The notes beneath the pieces are model-generated. The model was not told where the DNA came from, did no database searches, and saw only the letters and a program-made list of their open reading frames with translations. DNA of 63,881 nt, the filler included, from Octopus bimaculoides (lineage: Eukaryota): assembly GCF_001194135.2 (NCBI RefSeq). It is 5 parts of 5 records of this genome, joined end to end, with 100 filler letters (N's around TTAATTAATTAA, not from the genome) between each part and the next. Parts side by side here need not be neighbours in the genome. Positions count along the whole stretch, not along the records: positions 1 to 31,826 come from NC_069002.1; 4 more parts are not named here. One strand, given 5' to 3'. A program made the position numbers and the translations under genes. Positions 12,486 through 24,630 of the stretch are shown one piece after another; the first letter of the stretch is position 1; each line of letters starts with the position of its first letter.

Positions 12486-13543
12486 GACTTCTTTTGGTAA
12501 GCTCTTCTTTTATTCACCACTCTAATGATTTATTTTCTAACTTTTTTTTAAAAAGTATTCCTTCTATTTTTTCCACCGACTGGACTCTTGTTACTTTTGA
12601 ATTCATGGTACCATTCCCCCTTCTTTATGTTGCCAAGTTCACAATTTTCGCAGCCAGTTCAAAACCTTCCACCGTTCACATTAACCACCGAAACCAACTT
12701 CGCACTCGACACTAAATACTGTGTCAACTGTTTCACGCGAATTTTACCCATTGACCGCATGGCACCGGATCCTACGTGAAAAACCGCTCACGTCGACTTT
12801 CATAATGTCACCCATCGCACGTCGTCTGCCAGCACGAACTCACACTCCACGTGGGCAATAGTAGTGTTTATACTTCGCCCACTCCATAAAAGCGCCAGAA
12901 TCATACCACCTATGCTTTAAACAGTCACGTGGCCACAAAGTACTTTGTTTTCGTCTTCGCTTGCAAATCAGAGAGCGGTGTTCTAATTCGCGCCGCACGA
13001 ATGAGAAATTATCTGAATATAATTTTTTTGGTTCGTAACAATATATTAGATATAAGCAGAAGGAATGGCAAACAATTTCTGTTGATAGAGGTAAAGGAAG
13101 GAAAAATAAAAACTAACCTCAGTCTATTACTGATAGAATATTCCAATGAGAATTTTCAAAGGGTACATCCCTTTACTTGTTCTCTACCTGGCAATAACAC
13201 ATTTAATCAACACGTCAAATCCGTTTGGAATCCGACAGAAATGACAAGGAAGGACGAGCTCTTTTCTCCTTTTTTTTTTTTAAGAATTGTCTCAAGCTGC
13301 AGGCTGTAGATTATAAACAACTCGAAACATTGTTATAGGGATTACTTGTACGTACGAGGGGAACTGATAAGGGATTAGGATAAGAAAATGCTCCAAGAAA
13401 ATTTGGCGAAGAGAGGAATATTAATGAAGTGGAATGTTTCTGTGTTGAGAATGTTACAGATAGAAGATTTAAGGTCACACAAACATTTATCAATATTTCG
13501 ATGTCGATCAGTTTGACAGATCATACATACATACAAACATATT

Positions 13544-13589
<46 letters not shown>

Positions 13590-13799
13590 TACATAAACAC
13601 AAATATTCACCTATACATGCACACATGAAAGAAAGAAAAGGTTAGGAAGAAATATGATATTTCCATTCGAAAAATACTTAGAATAAAATTTCTCACCACG
13701 TACACAAGGCACGCAGATCTGAGATAGTGAATGCAACGACAGCGCGCTATAATTATTAAAGCGTGTTATTATATTATAATAGTATTAATAATAATCATC

Positions 13800-14013
13800 A
13801 TTTCTGATACGGGCACAAGGCGTAAAATTTCAGGAGAGTGGATGTTAGTCGATTACTTCTACTCCAATGTGCAGCTGGTACTTGTTATATTGATGCTGAA
13901 AGAATGAAAAGCAAAACAGACCTCGGCGGGATTTGAAGTCAGATAGAAGAAATGTTGCAACAAATGCCGCAAATCGTTTTTGCCGATGCTCTATCGATTT
14001 TGCCAGCTCACTG
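13800..14013 (-). mobile_element. SINE-C copy, diverged
   Basis: Same head, core and tail as other SINE-C copies. Confidence 0.75.
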
Positions 14014-14145
14014 CCATAGCTGCAAAGTAGGTAACCCTTCCTCAATGCATCAAAAAGTTCCATTTATGTTGATGAGATGTAAAAGTAGAAAATCGAAAAT
14101 ATATGTCGACAAGTTTGAAAAATATCCAATAGATTATTACTCTTT

Positions 14146-14574
14146 ACTCTTTACTCTTTACTCTTTTACTTGTTTCAGTCATTTGACTGTGGCCATGCTG
14201 GGGCACCGCCTTTTAGTCGAGCAGATCGACCCCAGAACTTATTCTTTGTAAGCCTAGTGCTTATTCTATCGGTCTCTTTGGCCGAGCCGCTAATTTACGG
14301 GGACGTAAACACACCAGCATCGGTTGTCAAGCGATGTTGGGGGGACAAACACAGACGCACAAACTTATACACACACATACATATGTATACACACACACAC
14401 ATACATATACGACGGGCTTCTTTCAGTTTCCGTCTATCAAATCCACTCACAAGGCTTTGGTCGGCCCGAGGCTATAGTAGAAGACACTTGCCCAAGGTGC
14501 CACGCAGTGGGACTGAACCCGAAACCATGTGGTCGGTAAGTAAGCTACTTACTACACAGCCACTCGTACGCCTA
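14146..14574 (-). mobile_element. Full-length SINE-AB copy
   Basis: Head GGCG..GAGTGGCTGTGT.GTAAGTAGC with B-box-like GGGTTCAGTCCC, body ..CCTTGGGCAAGTGTCTT.., internal (TA/TG)n, and tail ending ..TGACTGAAACAAGTAAAAGAGTAAAGAG. Confidence 0.9.
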
Positions 14575-14699
14575 TTCGTGAAATGTAACTCGACCTCACT
14601 TAATATAAAACGATATTGCTAATGGTCAGAGTAAATGTCGATTAGTTCATATCACATCTAAACATTTTAACAGAATATAAGACAAATGGAAAGTGGAAA

Positions 14700-15140
14700 G
14701 ATGCAACACACACACACTAGCACACACACACACGCTCATACACTAACAAACACACACACACACACTAACACAAACACTAAGACACACACAGACACTCATA
14801 CATACTCTAACACACACACCACTAACACACAGACACCACTAACACGCACACACGTATACACACACCGACACACACATATACACACACATATACACACACG
14901 CACACACGCATACTCACACACACGCACGCACAAACCAACACACATACACACATACGCACACACGCACACTCACACACACTCACGCACTAACACACACACA
15001 CTCACACGCGTGCGCGCACACACGTACACACACGCATACACATACTCACACTTGCGCACGCGCACACACATAGACGCACACTCACAAACACACACACACG
15101 CATGCACACACACACACACTCACACGCACTCATAAACATA
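14700..15140. repeat. Compound degenerate (CA)n microsatellite
   Basis: Direct reading. Confidence 0.9.
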
Positions 15141-15869
15141 CATAAGAAATTACAAACAACACTAATGGAAACCGTATTCTTCAGACCAAAGGCAGAAGAG
15201 AAGGATGTATTTTGAATCTGCTGCATCACAAGGACGGTGAGAGAGTTTTTCTAACTCCGCATTGTCACAAACGAATGATGTGCTATTTCGTGTAAATAAC
15301 GATAATCAACAAAAAAAGGCCAAATCCCGCACCCAAAAGTCCAAAAAATGAAGAATAGGATGAATTAGAAGGAGAGAAATACATTTCTACATCAGATATC
15401 TATTTTTATTGTTACACACCACTGTTGTGGAAAAATAAACAAGACTATCAGAATATCTGCATTTAACTGCATTTAACACCTGGGAAGAAAATAATGGTGA
15501 ATTAAAAATAAATTTAGTTCCCAGCAGGCGAAATAATTTAAAGATATATTCTAAAAAATTCAGCAAGTTATCAGACATAGAAATCGGGAAAAATAGTAAA
15601 AGTACAAACGCACAAAAAAAAAAAAATCAGATAATGAAAAATATTGAAGTTAAAAACATTGGAAACGTTAACCACAAAAGTTAGATATCGCATTTGAAAT
15701 TGGAGGAAAGTTACAAATCACAATAAATCGAAACCCTAGCTTAGATAGAAAATAATAATTAACCACCACCGGAGCAAAGCAACGTCGACCAAGATATAGT
15801 AAAACATGAAATGGAGAATCATTGAAGAACACAAATTTCGAATGTAACAATACTGGTTTCAAATTCTGA

Positions 15870-16057
15870 AACAATTTTAGGGCAGAATGGTTAGTCGATT
15901 ATCTCAACACCAGTGCTCAACTGGGGTTTTCTTTCCTGACCCTGAAAGAATAAAAGGAAATGTTGACGATGACGAGATTTGAACTTAAAATGTAGAGAGC
16001 CGAGAGTAATAGCTCTAAGAACTCGTCTACACGTTAACGATTTTGCCAGCTCGCTGC
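15870..16057 (-). mobile_element. SINE-C copy, diverged
   Basis: Core and head homology. Confidence 0.7.
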
Positions 16058-16299
16058 AGTGTCCATCGTGCTAATAAAAAGCTTAAAATAATTAATAAAT
16101 TAAAATCGATTATACACCTTAGTATTAAAAAAAGAAAAGCTTAATCAAATTAAAATATTAACCATAAAATAGCAACGAGTTAATGAAAGTACAAATTTAG
16201 CCATTACAGAGTTAATAAGAGCAAATGCGAACTTCAATAAATGCGACAGCCGTAAAAGATGAAAAGAAAATTAGGCACTCTTTGATATCAACTCATATA

Positions 16300-16640
16300 G
16301 GAATATCGGTATCTAAACTATGGAGAAGGATAACGCAGCTAAGAGAATGCCAAGAGAAAGTTCCAGATAAAAAGTACAGCATCAGAACACTTAAAAGAAA
16401 TCATGTCAGCTTGAGACGTCGGCCAGAAGTTACAAGGAAATGAAGAACTGGAAGATACCAAACAATTATGAAGCCCCAGATCTCTAGTTGGAATATTTAA
16501 TGATCTGAAAAAGCCCGAAAGAGTTACTGCCTGTTTCACCAAAAGGAAACACATCTTAATCCTTCTAAATAAAGAAGTTGCAGGCCTCGAAAAGTTCAAC
16601 CCTATAAACTGCTTTTTTATATCTTTCAATGATCCCACGA
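16300..16640 (+). mobile_element. Highly degraded R4/Dong-like RT fragment
   Basis: Peptides MKNWKIPN and KPERVTACFTKRKHILILLNKEVAGLEKFNPINCF resemble the NWKAPG..PEW..G.T.LIPK....P..YRPI.CL region. Confidence 0.4.
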
Positions 16641-17672
16641 CAATAATATCGCTGATGATAAATAATTAAGTGTAAAATATATTTACTTCTAGTAGAAGAG
16701 AAAAGATGCTGTCAGGGGATGTAGAGACGTATGATTATAATTAAAAGTCTCTAATTATAATCATCCGTCTTCTTAGGTAAAGAGACCATAATGGAAGTTT
16801 GAAACAACAGAATGAAAAGATGAGAGTAAAGTCTCAGACACCTAAACAAGAGTTGTTTATTGTCAAGCGTGTAGGATGTACGTGGCCATACATTTTCGAC
16901 CAAAAGGTCTTGAGTTCGATACCTGATCCATGATCAACCTTGTTTTCTTCATTTCACTTCGTGAGTATAAAGACTGGTAGAGAGCCCAGCCGTCATCAGG
17001 TGACGTGGAGCGTCACCTGACTCAGTTGCTACCAAAACCATTTAAGGTGTGAAGAAGGACACATTCAGCTGTGGACTTCTATAGGCCTAGTTTCATTCTA
17101 TTGGTAAAAGTGATGGTGCGTGGCCTTGTGTTTAGGTTGTTGGAGTCTTAAATGTCAGATTATGAGTTCCTTCTTGCAAAGGAGAGTGCGTTGTGCCCTT
17201 GAAGAAGACATTGCATTTCGCGTTGCTCTCGTTCATTTAGGGATGGGGAATGAGTTTTCTGCAAAGTGGTACTTCACTGACTACATAATATCAATGGCCC
17301 TTAATGACTTTTCATAAAGGATGGTGATACTGTCTAGTCTCTCGGAGTAAGTGTGTAGTTTACAGACATCGTCTATGAGGAGAAGTCATTCGTCGATACC
17401 CAAAGGCTAAGATCTATAGTAATGTTCGAGCGTACAGAAGCATGGTTCAGATTATCTGAGATGGATCGTGTACTGACACAAGTGCAACTCTTCCATGACC
17501 AAGAAAATTAAAATACAAGAAGTGTGTATCTGGAGAAACAAACATGGTTGACCTAACACGCTACCCTAAATAATGTCAGGCTTTATAAAATTTCTGTGTT
17601 ATAAAAATGTGCATCTAATTATTTCCTATTTGTACATAAATATGAATAATACTGTATTTATCTCTTGTGCCG

Positions 17673-18005
17673 AAGGCGCGTGGTCTTAGCAGTTAGGATG
17701 CTGCACTTACGATCGCAAGATAGCGGTTTCGGTTCTCGGACCGGGCGGTGCGTTGCGTCCTTGAGAAAAACGTTTCGTTTCACGTTGCTCCAGTCCAATC
17801 GGCTGTAAAGGAGCGAACCTGTGATGAACTGACCTCCTGTCCTATCTCTGTCATATATACCCACTGGAAACCGGTTGACAGGCTCTATTGAGTCCTTCGT
17901 TGTCCTGGGGGTTAGGATGTTGCTCTCATGATCGCAGGATAGTGGATTCGGTTCTAGGACCGGGCAGTGCGTTGTGTCCTTGAACAAAACATTCCATCTC
18001 ACGGA
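17673..18005 (+). mobile_element. Two tandem SINE-D copies (full copy plus second head)
   Basis: tRNA-like head followed by GTGCGTTG.GTCCTTGA.CAA.AC..TT..TTTCACGTTGCTCCAGT; the head repeats at ~17908. Confidence 0.75.
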
Positions 18006-18910
18006 TCGAAACAGGACACTTACTAGGTCTTGTCGAAATACATTTAAATCTTGGAATTCTAACAAAGTGAAATGCAACAATTTCTTCAAACCACGCAGAA
18101 AATTACCCTATATTATTCAAACAGCCAAAAACAAAACTGAATATTTTTTACCTTCTTAGTCCATACAATGTCTTTATTATAAATTATGAACCGCATCCTG
18201 CTCCCGTGACTTAAGATAAGGAACTGCATCGAATTCTCTTATTTATTTACAATTAAATGTTAAGTGTTTTGGGGGGTGAACACAGCACGGCGCTATAGGT
18301 GCTAGGATACGAACTCTCTACTTGCCATAGATTTGGCAGCCAATTGCAGACATCTTGAACATACAGAATTGAAATTAATGATGCGGTAACTAATATCAAG
18401 TGACTTGTTAATTTTAATGCAACGCAATCAGGAAAATAGCTAATTACATTAATGCATGAAACGGCAACAAAAGATCGAAATAACTCATTAGCGTTCGGGG
18501 AAATTCATTTACACGTTTTCATATCGTATTTTTTCCCTAGTTTTATTCGTTTAATATAGCAGATCACAATACATAGCTAACAACATCTAATTAGTCGCTA
18601 ATGGCTTTCTGTTCCGCTTCACTAACTCAAACTATATAATTATTCATAGACTTCAGTACTCCGTTACATAGTAAATAGGCTTATGGACACTAGGTTCTAC
18701 CCACAAGAGGCTTACGGGCGATGGATGCATTGGATCATTCCACGATAGTTTCTTTTTCTATTACCATCAATATTCAGTCAGAACTGTACATTACAGTCAA
18801 AGCTTAAACAATATCACTTTCATCACAAAGTAAACTTGCAGATAACGCGGTGAAAGAAATATCAAACACAGATTCTCTATTCTCTCGTGTCTTTCTGCTT
18901 CTCATCATCA

Positions 18911-18916
<6 letters not shown>

Positions 18917-19000
<84 letters not shown>

Positions 19001-19010
19001 CCTCTCTCTC
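18917..19010. repeat. (CT)n microsatellite
   Basis: Direct reading. Confidence 0.95.
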
Positions 19011-19696
19011 TAATGCTAATATCAGTTCTTGTGTTAACAGTGATAATATCTGAAACAAGCATCTACATTTTAATTAATGTTATCTTTGTTAAGTAAATAT
19101 CAAATAATTGGTTATCTTCCCGGCCATTTTCTAAAATATAGGTCTTTCAGTCGCGTTACATTCATTCTTTGGCGAGATACATTGGTCTAATACCAACTGG
19201 CTGGATCAACAGAGACAGATATCCAACTATAAGGTAGACAGTTACAATAAACCGCCACTGAGCACAGATTTTAACGACAGGAGAATTCTGTATTTAATAA
19301 ATGTTTATTTACTCCGTTCCATTATATTCCTTAGTTCAAACCTTCAGGGCATTGAATGACAGAAGACTGAAAACTCAGAAATCAGGAAAACACATCAAGT
19401 ATTCAATTCTCTCGCCGATGTTTACAACTTATAAAATGAAAGTAGTGCACAACAGAAATGATAGTATCTTTTGTTGTTAGCTTTACAAGTTTCATCGATC
19501 CTGAAGGGATCAAATCACACTTGGTTTCATAGTTATTTTAAACTTACAAATGAGAACAATAAAGATTTTCGAAACTTTATACTTTTAACGTTCAGGTCAT
19601 ATGGCCAAAATTAAATTCTTCGCCGTAGTTTCACTGTTTCTAAGGACATACATTGCTCCACTTCACCAAATTTCGGAATTATAAACGAATACTTAT

Positions 19697-19907
19697 TTGA
19701 TGGAGTGTTTAAAAGTTCCTGGCTTTTAGAGTATCAGAAAAGGCCTGGTGGAAGACCCAACCTTCCGAGTTCTTTTACAGGGCTTAGAAAAACTGAAGGA
19801 CCACTGCAATAAGTGTGTGAATCTGGGGACGGGAATAAAATCATAATTTACTGATCCTCTTGCACTTTCGTTTACTCAAAGCCAACAACTTTTCAGCACC
19901 CCTCGTA
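19697..19907 (+). mobile_element. Mariner-derived MITE (~210 bp)
   Basis: The right end AACTTTTCAGCACCCCTCGTA is a mariner-type TIR (TACGAGGGG..) with a degenerate left counterpart. The interior encodes GLEKLKDHCNKCVNL, like a mariner transposase C-terminus. Confidence 0.7.
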
Positions 19908-20089
19908 AACTTGACTTACCTACGATATATTAGTGTCCTTTTACCTGTAATTACGATTGACTGTCATGAATTTAACTGAATACAAAACCAGGATTAAAAT
20001 CTGATTTCACTTATGTTCTGACATTTTTACTATCTTTCCGTACTTCAATAATTCATGATACAATATTTTTAATGATGCAATTTTCTTAA

Positions 20090-21342
20090 TCTATATATAT
20101 AAAAATGAGAATGTGTGTCTGTCTGTCTGTCTGTGTGAATCCCTAAAACTCGAGAACTACGCAACCAATTTCATTCAAATTTTACACATGCCTTACTTAG
20201 GGTTCCAGTTGTGTTTTAGTCAAAAAAAATTTTAACTTCTTGCAGAGTTCGAGCCCACAGCAACATAATATCTCCTCCACTATTTAAGTATTACGTGTCA
20301 AAAGTGAAACAAAAACACTCATGTCAAATACTTTCACTTTAAAAATGAAACTATTCTACTAACTGAAACAATCACATTTCGATACTGTAATGACAGATAC
20401 TTTCAGAGAGAGAGAGAAAGAGAGAAAGAGAGAGAGAGATGTATATGTNNNNNNNNNNNNNNNNNNNNNNNNNNNNNNNNNNNNNNNNNNNNNNNNNNNN
20501 NNNNNNNNNNNNNNNNNNNNNNNNNNNNNNNNNNNNNNNNNNNNNNNNNNNNNNNNNNNNNNNNNNNNNNNNNNNNNNNNNNNNNNNNNNNNNNNNNNNN
20601 NNNNNNNNNNNNNNNNNNNNNNNNNNNNNNNNNNNNNNNNNNNNNNNNNNNNNNNNNNNNNNNNNNNNNNNNNNNNNNNNNNNNNNNNNNNNNNNNNNNN
20701 NNNNNNNNNNNNNNNNNNNNNNNNNNNNNNNNNNNNNNNNNNNNNNNNNNNNNNNNNNNNNNNNNNNNNNNNNNNNNNNNNNNNNNNNNNNNNNNNNNNN
20801 NNNNNNNNNNNNNNNNNNNNNNNNNNNNNNNNNNNNNNNNNNNNNNNNNNNNNNNNNNNNNNNNNNNNNNNNNNNNNNNNNNNNNNNNNNNNNNNNNNNN
20901 NNNNNNNNNNNNNNNNNNNNNNNNNNNNNNNNNNNNNNNNNNNNNNNNNNNNNNNNNNNNNNNNNNNNNNNNNACCCTTTCAGATATACTTACATTGTGA
21001 TTTCTGCAATGTGGTGCATAAATTGTCAAGTAAATGAGGCGCATCTTTGCCTCCAGTGATTCACTTGCAAAGTGTTGAGTAAAATTATTTTGTTGCAGAC
21101 CTCCTTTGGGTCTTTTTATTATCACTACGACACATATAGTCCCCAGTTGGTAACAAAGCCCTCCTAGATGAGAGACTGGCATTCCACTTAATGTCTATGT
21201 TCCATGCTGGCATGGATTGGAGAGTTATTAATGTAGAAATATGGTATCGTAGCTACTAACAGTTGAAGGTTGCGTAGTCTAGACGGCGTTTTTAGATTTC
21301 ATTATTCTCTTTAACCCGGGCAAAGCCGGGTATTTCTGCTAG
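20090..21342 (+). mobile_element. Non-autonomous Helitron (internal gap)
   Basis: 5' A|TCTATATATATAAAAATGAGAATGTG with (TGTC)n; 3' hairpin ACCCGG-GCAAAG-CCGGGT followed by CTAG|T at 21339-21343. This is a canonical AT insertion without TSD. Confidence 0.88.
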
Positions 21343-22129
21343 TCTTATATAAAATGAGGTAAACAGAAACAATTTTGAAATAATTTTCGCTTGTTTATTA
21401 AACTTTGCATTTCAGTAAACTCTCAGTCATTGCGAATAAGATCTTCGTCTCCAGTAATTGCCTAGGGTTCTGCAAAGACAAAAACCTTTCTACTTACAAA
21501 AAATATATTCAAAGAATGGAGATAAATTACCAAAGAGGATTTCGAAGACGCAGCTGTTGTATTGTGAGCAACCTGAATTTAACGTTTAATGGAGAAATAA
21601 AAATTTTTCATGGATAATTGTGTGCGGCAGAGTGGTGCCAAATATCAGAGAAAGAGTCAATTTATAATTGCGTTAATGAAGATAACAATATAATTTTTAA
21701 TAACATGTGTTGACGGCGGCGGCGACGGTGGTGGCAGGGTGTATAAATTTTGTCATAGTAATTAATGTTGATGCCCATTTTAAATAATGCTTTGTAAAGC
21801 TCTTTGTCTTTAATTTAATCAGATAGTTTGATGCATTGTCACAAAAACAAAATTTTTAAAAAACTGTCTAATATTTCAAAAGTAACAAGCTAAACATCAA
21901 CCTCAGTGATATTTCACACACACACACACACACGCAGATGCATGCATATGTACACATATTACAACCATGTCTGCATGTCTTCATAAACTAGTAAAATTCT
22001 TTACAAAATGTTATTCTACAAAAATTTTCTAGATGTGGCTGTCGCCGTCGTCGTCGCCGTCAAGACATTATTAAGCCTATTGACATCGATGTGGCTACTG
22101 TTATTAGTGTTTCTGTTGTTGTTGCTGTA

Positions 22130-22272
22130 GCTGACGACGACGACGACGACGAAGAAGAAGAAGAAGAAGAAGAAGAAGAAGAAGAAGAAGAAGAAGAAGA
22201 AGAAGAAGAAGAAGAAGAAGGAGAAGAAGAAGAAGAAGAAGAAGAAGAAGAAGAAGAAGAAGAAGAAGAAGG
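22130..22272. repeat. (GAC)n(GAA)n microsatellite
   Basis: Direct reading. Confidence 0.95.
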
Positions 22273-22630
22273 TGAGCTCCGTTAACGACAGCGACCTCAC
22301 AGATTGTTGTCATCTCTGTAAGCCGCATAGAACCAGCGGTTTCAATGGACATTTGTCTGCGCGTTATGTTTCAAAGAGGATCTAATATTTTGACAAGCTA
22401 TCTGATCGTTTTAAATGGAGAGGAAATTAATTATACAAGCATAATGAGAAAAATTAACATTTCTTCATTATATTTGCTTAATTAATTTATTCGCTATGAA
22501 ATTGATGCTATTATAATTCGCATCATTTTCATATAAATACATCTGCTTTATTTTTTTTTATTCTTTCAATTTTTAACTTTATACTTTGAGAATCTCGCAG
22601 CACCAAACATGTGAACCGGTTCTTTTGTTT

Positions 22631-22777
22631 CTTTTATCTTTTACTTGTTTCAATCATTAGAACATGACCATGCTGGGGCACTGCCTTGAAGGGTTTACAC
22701 GACCCTAGTACTATTTTCCTGTAAGCTTGGTACTTGCTTTGTCTATTCTTATCGTCGAACCGTTAAGTTACGATGAT
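22631..22777 (-). mobile_element. SINE-AB 3' tail fragment
   Basis: ttttacttgtttca..ccatgctggggcac.. homology. Confidence 0.7.
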
Positions 22778-23446
22778 CCAGCTTTCAATATGGCCGTAAA
22801 AACAAATATAGGTAGGGAATTCTTAAAATTAGTCTCTAGACATTTTCAATCTGACCATAAGTTTTATAGAATATTTAATAGAAGAACGCTTAAGATCAGC
22901 TATTCTTGCTGCAAAAACTTCGCCTCTTTTATTAACCAACACAACAGTAGGATAATTGCAAATTATCATAGTGCCGATTCTCTTCTTAAAAATTGCAATT
23001 TCAAAGATGGGATCTCCTGTCCGTTGGAAGGAAAATGTCTGGAGAAAGGAATCGTGTATAGAGCCAAGGTGCAGATAAAAGGCTCACACAAATATAGAAC
23101 TTATACAGGGGCTTCTGAAAATTCTTTCAAAACTCGATTTTATTCGCATAGAAATTCTTTCAGATACCCCGAAAATAGGACGAAGACCAGCCTGGCAAAA
23201 TATGTCTGGGAATTAAAAGAAAAAGAAGCCCGACCTTTCAACGTGACATGGAATATTTTAGATAGAGCTGCACCTTACAGACACGGTGCACATAAAAGAC
23301 CCATCAAATGTGATTTATGCCTGCTGGAAAAATATTTTATTTTATTCCAGGACAATAACGCTTTAAATCAAAGACGCGAACTCTTGAATTCCTGCAGACA
23401 CACAACTAAATTTAAAATGTCGGCTAGCAATATACCATATGGATAG
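22778..23446 (+). mobile_element. Penelope-like element 3' fragment: linker plus GIY-YIG endonuclease, frame still open
   Basis: ORF 22727..23446 has VKTNIGREFLKLVSRHF, KISYSC, CPLEGKCLEKGIVYRAKV..YTGASENSFKTRFYSH, WELKE and KCDLCLLEK..CRH. Confidence 0.88.
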
Positions 23447-23736
23447 TGTATATTTTTTGATTCTTGGTCTAGTTTTTAATTACACTGTTAGATTTGTTTC
23501 TTATAATACATGATTTATTTCACATCGCAAAGTTATTGTGTGTATTTCGACATATTTCTTAAAAACCTTCGACTCTTATATGCAAATATTATTTTCTTGC
23601 TTAGGATTCTACTTTTATTTTATTTTACTTCTTTTTATTGCATTTTATAAACCCATTTTAATCGTTTAATTTATATATAATTCGATATATGGTGTTCTAT
23701 TTTGCATATCTTTTATCCGAATTTTATTATTGTGCA

Positions 23737-24057
23737 CTCTTTTACTCTTTTACGTGTTTCAGTCATTTGACTGCGGCCATGCTGGGGCACCGCTTTTAAT
23801 CGAGCAAATCGACCCAGGACTTAAGCCTAGTACTTATTCTATCGGAATCTTTTGCCGAACCGCTAAGTTACGAGGACATAAACACACCATCATNNNNNNN
23901 NNNCTTCTTTCAGTTTCCGTCTACCAAATCCACTCACAAGGCTTTGGTCGGTCCGAGGCTATAGTAGAAGACATCTGCCCAAGGTACCACGCAGTGGGAC
24001 TAAACCCGGAACCATGTGGCTGGTAAGTAAGCTACTTACCACACAGCTATTCCTGCC
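23737..24057 (-). mobile_element. SINE-AB copy (10-N gap at the internal microsatellite)
   Basis: Tail, body and head homology. Confidence 0.88.
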
Positions 24058-24483
24058 AGCAATTTATTTTTTAAATGATGTGCGTGCACGCAGGTCTGTG
24101 CGTGTGTGTGTGTCTGTGTGTGGTTTTGGCTGTTTATATGTGTGCGTGTGAGTGTACTTTGTCTCGCTTAATGTCGTAGGAAGAATTTATAGTAAGAATT
24201 TATAGTAGGAGTGGCTGTCTTTTGTGTAGCGTGCCCTTCACATGTGCGTAGGAGAATGGTCAGTAGAAGGTGTTTAACTGATAGTTTGAAGTATGTGCAT
24301 GTTTGTATGTGTGTGTGCGTAGGGTTGTGTGTGGGGTTGTGTCTGTTGAGTAAATGTGCGTTACTCTTTGTGTGTGCGTGTATGTGCGTGTATGTGCGTG
24401 TATGTCCATATATGTATAATTGTGTGCGTGTATGTGTGTGTGCGCGCGCGTGTGTGTGTGCGTGTGTGTGAACACGGTGGTGT

Positions 24484-24630
24484 TCTTTCAGTTTCAATCA
24501 GGCAAATCTACCCACAAAGCTTTGGTCGACCCAAGGCTATAGTAGGAGACACTTTCCCAAGTTGCCACACAGCACTTGGACTGAACCGGGAACGAAGTGG
24601 TCGGGAAGCAAATTTCTTACCACACAGCTA
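24484..24630 (-). mobile_element. SINE-AB head/body fragment
   Basis: Body homology. Confidence 0.75.

Noticed and set aside
14520-14574. Genuine tRNA genes
   Set aside because: The A/B-box-like segments belong to SINE heads and do not complete a cloverleaf with acceptor stem.
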